DNA of 32,000 bases from NCBI RefSeq assembly GCF_000025925.1, contig NC_014033.1, positions 600,001-632,000 on the forward strand. Direction: 5' to 3'. Shown one piece after another: positions 24,707 through 32,000 of this stretch; the stretch's first letter is position 1, and each line of letters begins with the position of its first letter. Source of the DNA: Xylanibacter ruminicola 23 (GTDB lineage Bacteria; Bacteroidota; Bacteroidia; Bacteroidales; Bacteroidaceae). The notes under the pieces were generated by a model. That model was not told where the DNA came from, did no database searches, and saw only the letters and a list, made by a program, of their open reading frames with translations. Made by a program: the position numbers and the translations under genes.

Positions 24707-25013
24707 AACATCCTCTTCGCTTGAGAATGCGCGAGTCATCGGGCAAGGCATTATAGCTCAATGCCAGCTCAATGGTCTCAACCCTGAAAGTGAGGCTGAC
24801 CATAAGACTGCCTCCAAGGGCATTGTAGAGATGGCTGAGGAAACAGTTGGTTCTATCTCTCAATATATGTGGGACATTGCAGTACTTCGTATTGGTCAAC
24901 AGGCTTCAGAGTTGAACGTCTCGATGGGCGGTCAGTCGGTTGGTGGCAGTAACGGTAATGCTGATGAGTTGACCAACTGGGACGGAACTAAAAAGAAAGG
25001 ACTTGGGAGGTGA
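24681..25013 (+). pseudogene. Orphan C-terminal gene fragment, possibly from a mobilisation (relaxase-type) protein
   Basis: The frame is open from 24681 with no credible start. It ends ..NVSMGGQSVGGSNGNADELTNWDGTKKKGLGR*. I associate a Gly/Ser-rich stretch followed by a basic KKKG..R end with Bacteroidales Mob proteins, from memory and unverified. Confidence 0.3.
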
Positions 25014-25034
25014 ATTGATTATGCCATTGTTTGA

Positions 25035-25063
25035 AAGATGCGGTGTTAAGCCGCATCTTTTGC
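25035..25063 (+). terminator. Rho-independent terminator
   Basis: A 9-bp stem AAGATGCGG/CCGCATCTT with a 7-nt loop, followed by TTTG. Confidence 0.6.
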
Positions 25064-25124
25064 TTTACTGCCTTAATAAACTCTAAAAAATAAGCAAATA
25101 TGATTCTGATTGAAGATTTTTCAC

Positions 25125-25132
25125 TAACTTTA
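25125..25132 (+). promoter_or_regulatory. Near-consensus -7 box TAACTTTA at the head of the AT-rich operon
   Basis: A 7/8 match to TAnnTTTG, followed by CACC as at the other promoters. It lies 26 nt upstream of ATG 25158. Confidence 0.3.
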
Positions 25133-25157
25133 CACCCAAACTAAAAATTTGAAATGT

Positions 25158-25376
25158 ATGCAAGACGTAAATCGCCTGAAATTAGTGTTAGTGGAACAGA
25201 AGAAAACCAGTAAATGGCTTTCTGAGGAACTTGGAGTGAGTCCATCTACTGTTTCCAAGTGGTGTACCAATTCTTCCCAACCTGATATTGAAACCCTTGC
25301 AAGAATTTCAAGGCTTTTGGGTGTTGGTATAGAAGAATTGTTCAATAAGAAGTTTATTGAATCTGTTTCATTTTAA
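25158..25376 (+). CDS. XRE/Cro-C1-type HTH transcriptional regulator
   Basis: NRLKLVLVEQKKTSKWLSEELGVSPSTVSKWCTNSSQPDIETLARISRLLGVGIEELF is a canonical HTH_XRE. The track start at 25149 is TTG; the first ATG is at 25158. Confidence 0.8.
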   Translation: MQDVNRLKLVLVEQKKTSKWLSEELGVSPSTVSKWCTNSSQPDIETLARISRLLGVGIEELFNKKFIESVSF

Positions 25377-25390
25377 AAGATTGATATAAG

Positions 25391-25810
25391 ATGATAGATT
25401 TTAAGAATTCCAACTGGAAAAATATATTGCGAGATATTTATTCTCCAGAAATCGGTTCAATTTGGGTCGCTCCAAATGGGATTTGGAACAATTCTTTTGC
25501 CCATAACAAAGATAAGGATGACATTCATCCGTCAGTTATTGGGCGAGTTTATGATGAGAATAGAAAATGCTGGTTAATCCCAGGTACTTCAAAAGATTAT
25601 AATAAAGGTACCAGTGTATACAGGGTTAAATTAGACCCAAGCGACCCCGAATGTCCATATTCTCATTTTCTTATAAAATTGAGGATGACGTATAATTCTA
25701 AAGACCTAAACAATCTTCAAAGAGGTTGGAATGGTATAGAAACTCTTAGTGGCGAGCAAATAGAGGATTTAAAATTGCAAATCAAATTTAGTTTAGGAAT
25801 CAATGTTTAA
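25391..25810 (+). CDS. MazF/PemK-like toxin-fold protein (tentative)
   Basis: 139 aa, collinear by eye with E. coli MazF. IGSIWVAP pairs with GDLIWVDF, DIHPSVIG with GHRPAVVL, WLIPGTSK with LCVPCTTQ, and the C-terminal LSGEQIEDLKLQIKFSLGI with VAPEELQLIKAKINVLIG. Confidence 0.45.
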   Translation: MIDFKNSNWKNILRDIYSPEIGSIWVAPNGIWNNSFAHNKDKDDIHPSVIGRVYDENRKCWLIPGTSKDYNKGTSVYRVKLDPSDPECPYSHFLIKLRMTYNSKDLNNLQRGWNGIETLSGEQIEDLKLQIKFSLGINV

Positions 25811-26738
25811 GGAAGAATATATATTAGAATTGCTTTCCGGGCATTTGACGATGCAAGGCTATAATAGCATTATCAGCACCATCGGTAGCATGGCCAGACA
25901 TTTTAATTGGCCAAAAAACATTATCGTTTCCTCATCGTCAGATATGAATTGGAACAGCGACGATATTAAAGAGTTGGCACACCAGTTCTTCGAGTGGATT
26001 ATAGCGAAAAACAAATTAGCATATGTTGAAAAAATACCTTACGAATATCTTTCATTCTATTTTACTCAGATGCTAGTTTCATTTGTGTCTAATAGAATTA
26101 AAGAAGAACAGCAAAAAATAGGAATAAGCTTCCAGAAATGTCAGGAGCTTGTTTTTGAAATATGTTCAGAAGATTATACCATAGCGGAAGTGTCTGGGCA
26201 AAAATATGTAATAGTTAATCAAGAATCTATGGGAATTCAAATATCCGATTTATCGAATGCTGTAAAATATCTTCCAGCTTATGTTATAAAACCGACAACA
26301 AAACATTACAAGCCAATAATAAGGATGGCTGTACATGATGTTTTGTCAGATATTAATGGGATGGTTTCTGCTGTTTTACTTGTAAAAACCATATATGGGT
26401 TGTTGGATCAAAGTTCTTTGATAAAAGAACAAATTACGGCAACAGAGGATTTTGATGATATAGACAATGAAGACAAATACATTCCTTATGTATCATCGAT
26501 TCTAACAAATGTCTCCAAGATTGAGGCAAAGATGTATTTGGAATACATTTTTGAGGATGGTGGTAAAAAATCATTGGCCGAGATATCTTCTAAATACGGA
26601 TTACCCAAAAGTACCGCACATAAAAAAATAGAAGAATTTAAGCATAGAATTTTTTCTACTTATATGCCAGAGAATGAGTCCGATGGAGAAATGTTTTTAA
26701 AAAAACTTGCTCTCTCCTTGGACGAAATTGCAAATTAG
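25803..26738 (+). CDS. Divergent sigma-70/ECF-like protein (region 2-like N-terminus, region 4-like HTH C-terminus, long linker), tentative
   Basis: IKELAHQFFEWIIAKNKLAYVEKIPYEYLSFYFTQMLVSFVSNRIKEE resembles region 2 (..DLVQE.F..........F....F..WLY.IA.N...D..R). EAKMYLEYIFEDGGKKSLAEISSKYGLPKSTAHKKIEEFKHRI resembles region 4. An 8-nt overlap joins it to the upstream gene. Confidence 0.4.
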   Translation: MFKEEYILELLSGHLTMQGYNSIISTIGSMARHFNWPKNIIVSSSSDMNWNSDDIKELAHQFFEWIIAKNKLAYVEKIPYEYLSFYFTQMLVSFVSNRIKEEQQKIGISFQKCQELVFEICSEDYTIAEVSGQKYVIVNQESMGIQISDLSNAVKYLPAYVIKPTTKHYKPIIRMAVHDVLSDINGMVSAVLLVKTIYGLLDQSSLIKEQITATEDFDDIDNEDKYIPYVSSILTNVSKIEAKMYLEYIFEDGGKKSLAEISSKYGLPKSTAHKKIEEFKHRIFSTYMPENESDGEMFLKKLALSLDEIAN

Positions 26739-26770
26739 TGGTATTATATCAATGTAGCAGATTAGAAAAT

Positions 26771-27727
26771 ATGAATATTATAAACCAATTCTTAGAAGAC
26801 CCATTCTTGCAAGACAACGAGAATGAAGCATTCACAAACGATAGTCACAGATTGGCTGAAATTAATGAATCCTTTTCTCAGCATCCTTACAATAAGCCTA
26901 CTTTGCATTTATTACCATCGGTAAAGCAGAATCAAATATGGTCGATAAAAAAAGAATATCTTGATTATGAAGGAACCCTTCAAATTAATCAAGTACCGAT
27001 GTTGGTACTATCAACTACTGACCCAGAATATTTAGATGACGACAATGGGTTTATTAGAGTGTGCCCTATTACACCTTTTGTCGAAATGGCTGCAGATTCC
27101 GACCAAGTTTGCGATGATCTATCTATTTTAGGATTCCCATTTATGATAGAAACCTGGAACGAACAGCCAATATTGTTGGATTTGTTGGACAAATTTTGTG
27201 GTCATTATTATGCAGATATGACCGAGCAAAACGACTCATTAAATATTGATCAACGAAAATTCCGTGAATTAGAGATTTCAAGGGCTAGATTTTTAAATCA
27301 CTCAATTATTGCATATACAAATGAGTCAGACAGAGCGAAAGCATTTTCTTTCACGGTTGATTTGTGTTATTCTAATGCGGTCAAAACAAAACATATGCCT
27401 CGGGTAAACAATATGACTCCCGTGTTTATAAATCTTCGTGACAATGAAGAATATGCAACAGCAGCAAAACATGGTAGAGTATTATCTGAAAATGACTGTA
27501 TAGATTTCGAGAGCGAAGAAATGCCAATCAGAATAGAGGTTAGAAAAAAATCTCAAAAATTTGTATTAACAATAATACCAAAAGTGGAAATACAACTAAT
27601 CTCTTCTGACAAGAAAACAATAAATGGCACGTCAAATGATGAAAGAATAGTCTTTGATGGTCTTAAATCCGGACTATATAAAATTATATTATCCGATAAT
27701 AAAACAATCTCAATAAGAATTAGATAG
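26771..27727 (+). CDS. Hypothetical protein with an N-terminal MazF/PemK-like barrel motif (tentative)
   Basis: NQIWSIKKEY...VPMLVLSTTD...NGFIRVCPITPFVE follows the G.IW...RP.VVLS...V.V.PIT pattern. The C-terminal 180 aa or so are unassigned. The track start at 26738 is GTG; the first ATG is at 26771. Confidence 0.5.
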   Translation: MNIINQFLEDPFLQDNENEAFTNDSHRLAEINESFSQHPYNKPTLHLLPSVKQNQIWSIKKEYLDYEGTLQINQVPMLVLSTTDPEYLDDDNGFIRVCPITPFVEMAADSDQVCDDLSILGFPFMIETWNEQPILLDLLDKFCGHYYADMTEQNDSLNIDQRKFRELEISRARFLNHSIIAYTNESDRAKAFSFTVDLCYSNAVKTKHMPRVNNMTPVFINLRDNEEYATAAKHGRVLSENDCIDFESEEMPIRIEVRKKSQKFVLTIIPKVEIQLISSDKKTINGTSNDERIVFDGLKSGLYKIILSDNKTISIRIR

Positions 27728-27729
27728 CA

Positions 27730-30687
27730 ATGGCAGAAACTTATATTTCACAAATAAAGTCGACCGAATGGGTTGATTTAAGTAACGAGCACAAGAGAAT
27801 CAGAACCTCTCTTGAGCATGTTATTGAAAACACATGTTGTAGCAATGGATATAGTCAACCCATTATGTTACAAGGTGCTTTTGGTATAGGGAAAACAGCA
27901 ACATTAAATTACTTGTTCCATTATGCATGGGAAGTATTAAAAGTCCCGACTTTTCACTTGTTACTTTCTGATTTGGTGGATATAATAAAGGAAGTAGCGA
28001 AGCAACAAGGTGTTGACCAAATACAGAATGAAGATTTGGGACTGATAATCAAGAATACAATTGATAATCAAATCCAAAAACTTAAAAATGAAGATTGGTC
28101 TAATTTGACCAATGTGATGTTTCCTGAATTCACATCTATGGATATAGAGCATCCCTTAGTACTTGAGACTTACTTAAAAGATTTTGAAGCAGTCCAAATT
28201 GATGCAGATATAGATGAGAAGACTAAAGATTTGTTATCCAAAGGATTCACAAAAGAAGTGATAGAGGAGGCTTTAAACTCAAAGAATGTTCCTCTTTTGC
28301 TAATTGATGAGTTTGAATCCAAGTTTACTGATTTAAAAAAAATTGTCACTTCTTCAGGAGGTGGCATTCTTAGGGCATTATTCGACCAAGTTGTTTCAAA
28401 TAAGCCATTTTATCTTATTATTGGCAATGGACCAGGGTCTGCATATGAAATATCTAAAGAGCAAGGTACTGAAGAAAGTACAGATAATGAGGCTGCTGGT
28501 AATCGAAGACTTAAGCCAATGCAAATTCCATTCCCAACAGTACAGTTGTTACAACAGAAGTTCATGCATGGGGAATGCAAAGGATATGTGAATTTTATAT
28601 GGTGGGTATCTCGATGCAGGCCAGGCCAAATAAAACGTCTTCACGATACTATAGATTATAAGATCTATTCGAATTTGGATTTCTCAGTTTTTATTACTCA
28701 GTCAATTTTCTCAGAACCGATTGATGGTACCGGAAACGATGCGGTTAAATATCTTAAAACAGAATATTTTAATAGCATTGATAGTAATCTTTGGGCATCA
28801 ATGGGAACATGGCTATTGAATTTTGAACCTTGTAAAATAAATGTCACGAGAGATGTACGAGATGCATTGATGCGTTGTGCGGACGCATTCTTTGTGTCAG
28901 AAGAAACTGTAAAGTCTGAAAAAATTGCAGTTGGCTTACAGAAAGATTTAAGTAAGTATTTAAAGATTAAACAAGATGAGGGACTTTATCCTCGTGTTGA
29001 TTATCTCAAAAATCTTCACAAATATTTTAGCTATGTATTAAATGCCTGTTCTAATGCAGATGGCGAAATAGCATTTAAGACAGCAAGTAGAAGATACGAA
29101 GAGTCTTTTACCAAGGCTTTCGCAATACCTATGTTGGAAATCGTATATGATTTTATCAGCCAATATGAGGATGATAATGATGTTAGCTTTAAACAAACAA
29201 AAGATTTTATTCTTGACTGTATAAAATGGACTGAAAATGCAGTTGAGGAACGGGATCTTAATCTTAAATATGATGAAACGTATCGCTTGTTTGATTATAG
29301 CCGTTGCGATTTAAGGCCAAACGACGAGGTTATGATTCAATACTCTTTTGACTCTATTCGGCAAATGATCGAACAGCCCATTGGAGACCCACGGCTAAAA
29401 TATAAAGATGCTTCTTTGGATGTGTTGCTATCAAGTGTTTCTATGAATAATGCTGCAATTGCTTTTGCGGAGAAAAGCGATTGTAAGATATTGTTTATAC
29501 CCCAGTTGGAAGACAACGCAATTAAGGAATATCTAAAAAGGGTAAAATCATTCGTATCTGCCAGCATGTCTCATATGCTTCATCGTGGCGTTGAAACCAT
29601 GAGGATCGTTTTTCTTGGTAACCAAGATTATATAGGCGAATTTAAGGATGAGGTCTTGAAAACAGCAAATGGTGAGTTAACTCCTGCCGCCAAAATGTCA
29701 AAAATAGGTATAGATTCCTATGATGAATTCAATTTCAAATTTGGAGGTAAAACTTGCGACTTTATAGATTCTGTAGTAAAAATTATTATTATTGGTTCTT
29801 CAAAAGGAACATTATCCGATTCTCATCCGGATAATTGTTATGACATCGTCAAGGTAATGGAAACGATTAGCTTAAGTAGCTGGTCACCTAGAAAAGAAGA
29901 TCGAAGAACTATAGAGCATTATTCTAAGCTCGTAACAGAAGGAGAAAATAGTACAATAGATACTATATCAAGAAAAGCAATAGAACTTTATCATAATGCG
30001 TTAGGTAATTTACTGTGTCCCCTTGAAAGATATGACAGTAATCTTGACTATGAGCTTTCGACACTTTTCGACGAGAACACAATTACGTACGAGCCGCTTT
30101 CTCGCTTTGTATGTATGATGTATATCATAGAACATGCTGGTAAATGCCAAGCTGTGAGCCAGAATTTACTAGAATTGTTAAAGATGGTGGGAGTACGTTC
30201 AAATCCTCTATACTTTGAACCTAAGGTAGAAGAATCTTCAGTTCACGAATCTTATCATTTGGACCAGATTCACAATATTCTTAAGAATAGTGATAAAGTT
30301 AATTATTTATTAAAGCACATTGACACATCTACCGACTTATACGTGGCAATTAATAATTTTACATCGATGTTGGTTGATGAAAAAATCGCAGGCAATCTAA
30401 CACATCAATTTATTAAATTCTTACGAAATGACATTTCCAACCATTGGATTGGGGAATACAATTCTGTGATGTCGAAGTATTCTTCTTATGAAGGGGACAT
30501 GCTAGTACGTCTATCATATGCTATGTCAGTTTCTAAAATGGTGAGCTATGACAAGTTGCGGCAAGAAACCGTAAACAGAGTTGATACATCGATAAATCAC
30601 ATTCAGGAAAAACGTAGTGAAATTGTTGATACTATTGAAGGATTTCAAGACAGATTTATACCCTATTGGATCACGACATTTTGGTGA
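27730..30687 (+). CDS. Large P-loop NTPase (985 aa), STAND/ORC-like or BrxC/KAP-like, with a long helical C-terminal region
   Basis: Walker A GAFGIGKT (27874-27897) and Walker B PLLLIDEFE (28294-28311). The start codon is 2 nt after the upstream stop. There is an R-x5-H motif (LRNDISNH, 30424-30444) near the C-terminus. Confidence 0.75.
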   Translation: MAETYISQIKSTEWVDLSNEHKRIRTSLEHVIENTCCSNGYSQPIMLQGAFGIGKTATLNYLFHYAWEVLKVPTFHLLLSDLVDIIKEVAKQQGVDQIQNEDLGLIIKNTIDNQIQKLKNEDWSNLTNVMFPEFTSMDIEHPLVLETYLKDFEAVQIDADIDEKTKDLLSKGFTKEVIEEALNSKNVPLLLIDEFESKFTDLKKIVTSSGGGILRALFDQVVSNKPFYLIIGNGPGSAYEISKEQGTEESTDNEAAGNRRLKPMQIPFPTVQLLQQKFMHGECKGYVNFIWWVSRCRPGQIKRLHDTIDYKIYSNLDFSVFITQSIFSEPIDGTGNDAVKYLKTEYFNSIDSNLWASMGTWLLNFEPCKINVTRDVRDALMRCADAFFVSEETVKSEKIAVGLQKDLSKYLKIKQDEGLYPRVDYLKNLHKYFSYVLNACSNADGEIAFKTASRRYEESFTKAFAIPMLEIVYDFISQYEDDNDVSFKQTKDFILDCIKWTENAVEERDLNLKYDETYRLFDYSRCDLRPNDEVMIQYSFDSIRQMIEQPIGDPRLKYKDASLDVLLSSVSMNNAAIAFAEKSDCKILFIPQLEDNAIKEYLKRVKSFVSASMSHMLHRGVETMRIVFLGNQDYIGEFKDEVLKTANGELTPAAKMSKIGIDSYDEFNFKFGGKTCDFIDSVVKIIIIGSSKGTLSDSHPDNCYDIVKVMETISLSSWSPRKEDRRTIEHYSKLVTEGENSTIDTISRKAIELYHNALGNLLCPLERYDSNLDYELSTLFDENTITYEPLSRFVCMMYIIEHAGKCQAVSQNLLELLKMVGVRSNPLYFEPKVEESSVHESYHLDQIHNILKNSDKVNYLLKHIDTSTDLYVAINNFTSMLVDEKIAGNLTHQFIKFLRNDISNHWIGEYNSVMSKYSSYEGDMLVRLSYAMSVSKMVSYDKLRQETVNRVDTSINHIQEKRSEIVDTIEGFQDRFIPYWITTFW

Positions 30688-30730
30688 ACCATTAGCTGGT
30701 TATATTCAATTATTACAAAGAATAATATCA

Positions 30731-31300
30731 ATGTGTAAATTGATCAAGCAGGAATTGGAAGATGATTCAGCAAGCCTATCTACATATTTGATTTTGGAAA
30801 CTCTCTCATGGAGAGTTGAAAACATGAAAACCTCTATTAATACATTGTGTGGACAATTAAAGGATATTGCTGAACGCATCTCGCGTAAAAGAACTGAAAT
30901 TCGGACAAAATATCAAGTACCAATTGATGCGCTTCTCGAAAACCAATGGGTGTCTTTGTTGATAAATGACTGTGCCCCGATAGGTACTATTAAACCACCG
31001 TTTGATAACGATATTCTATGGAAAAAATATGCATGGAAGATTGGATCCTCAGACAAAATGAAATATATCATGTTTGAAATGAATCCCTCTCCCAAAGACA
31101 AGGAAGCATACTTTAAGTTTGAAGATATAGAATCCATTCGTAAAACAATAGAGTCTGTTTATACAGATTTGTGTAACTCGGCATATGTTCCAATACATAA
31201 TTTGTGCAAAGAGTCACTTAGTCGCGTACAGAATTACACAACTTTGCAAACCTATATAGAGAATCTCATAAATAATAAACAAGATGATACAGATAGATAA
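30731..31300 (+). CDS. Hypothetical protein (189 aa from the first ATG; 227 aa if GTG 30617 is used), or the frameshifted C-terminus of the NTPase
   Basis: The frame is open from 30596 and overlaps the end of the NTPase ORF by up to 71 nt. The first ATG is at 30731. No motif recognised. Confidence 0.5.
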   Translation: MCKLIKQELEDDSASLSTYLILETLSWRVENMKTSINTLCGQLKDIAERISRKRTEIRTKYQVPIDALLENQWVSLLINDCAPIGTIKPPFDNDILWKKYAWKIGSSDKMKYIMFEMNPSPKDKEAYFKFEDIESIRKTIESVYTDLCNSAYVPIHNLCKESLSRVQNYTTLQTYIENLINNKQDDTDR

Positions 31301-32000
31301 ATACTCAAAAAAATACAAGATTGCTTTAGAACGACGGAAAAGTCCTCAGTTCGTCTCAATGCTTGACTCCGAGCTAAAAAGTTCGGAATGGGTAGCACAG
31401 CTGGCAGCTTGCCAATTGTCATTAGACAACATTACTAAGGCTGCGGATTTTGAGACAAAAGAAAATGCGATCAAAAGCTTGTTCAATCAGTTGTATGAGA
31501 AGATTACTGCTCCTGGTTTGGATGCATTTATTGGATGGATTGGTAGTTTGACCACATCAAAAAACGGAGAAAACATAAAAGCATTTAAGAAATTCTTAAA
31601 GGACAACTATGACAGCTATGCTGATGATATAGAAAAAATATTATCTGCGAAGGAAGTAGTATCCAAGATTGACGAAAAAAGCATCTTCGGTAAACTAATT
31701 TCTAATTTTGGAAACAAAATCAAGAAAATAGTTACTGAATTCATTGATAACAACACGTTTGAAAATGAAATAGATGGATTGCTAAAACAATTGAAGAATG
31801 AATATGAGGGTGTCTCGAGTATATCTGAACTTAACTATACTTCAGTAAAGGACCTGTATACTGCCGAACAAAAACAAGATAACACCATTGACTTTTATAG
31901 TGACATATTTGAACAGGCAAGAAAGAAGTTTCAATCTATGGATGTTCAAAAAGGTGAAGACAAAAACACCAATTATTTCACTATAATACGCAATCGTGTT
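31284..32000 (+). CDS. Hypothetical protein, 5' partial (at least 239 codons, continues beyond the window)
   Basis: ATG 31284 overlaps the upstream gene by 17 nt, and the frame stays open to the last base of the window (MIQIDKYSKKYKIALERRKSPQF...). It is absent from the ORF track because it has no stop. Confidence 0.65.
   Translation, partial: MIQIDKYSKKYKIALERRKSPQFVSMLDSELKSSEWVAQLAACQLSLDNITKAADFETKENAIKSLFNQLYEKITAPGLDAFIGWIGSLTTSKNGENIKAFKKFLKDNYDSYADDIEKILSAKEVVSKIDEKSIFGKLISNFGNKIKKIVTEFIDNNTFENEIDGLLKQLKNEYEGVSSISELNYTSVKDLYTAEQKQDNTIDFYSDIFEQARKKFQSMDVQKGEDKNTNYFTIIRNRV

Noticed and set aside
24600-24899. 99-aa minus-strand ORF spanning the GH51 end and the orphan fragment
   Set aside because: It has no motif, crosses a probable insertion junction, and overlaps better-supported plus-strand frames.

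Overview
Mosaic accessory region of a Bacteroidota chromosome. The taxon is an inference (Prevotella/Segatella-like) from TAnnTTTG -7 promoter boxes, MKK...C lipoprotein signals followed by acidic runs, and GH51 arabinofuranosidases.

Layout:
(1) 1-5.3 kb: two PNPOx-fold proteins (one Nim-like), a flavin-reductase remnant, YolD plus a Y-family polymerase, a CAT-type acetyltransferase and an MBL-fold hydrolase.
(2) 5394-8092 and 19438-22136: two about 99% identical 2,699-bp direct copies of a complete GH51 alpha-L-arabinofuranosidase gene with its promoter region.
(3) 8093-19437, the 11.3-kb segment between the copies: an orphan gene; a one-strand operon (TlpA-like thiol-disulfide oxidoreductase, BMP-like lipoprotein, PBP-domain::C13 legumain-like peptidase, four tandem lipoprotein paralogs); a decayed second C13 copy; a further lipoprotein; a hipBA toxin-antitoxin pair.
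(4) 22145-24706: a second, different GH51 gene, divergent from copy 2.
(5) 24.6-25.06 kb: an orphan gene fragment plus a terminator, probably an insertion scar.
(6) 25.1 to beyond 32.0 kb: a visibly AT-rich, tightly packed seven-gene plus-strand operon. It holds an XRE HTH, two MazF/PemK-like domain proteins, a sigma-70-like protein, a 985-aa P-loop NTPase and two unknowns. It runs off the window.

Two candidates for undescribed systems:
- The lipoprotein/C13-peptidase/TlpA operon. The four lipoproteins lose similarity exactly after a conserved HVDFGGN motif and end in unrelated Cys-rich tails.
- The AT-rich ATPase operon, a candidate defence or abortive-infection module.

I recognised no rRNA, tRNA, CRISPR array, transposase or integrase. 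All homology calls come from reading motifs by eye; no searches were run.
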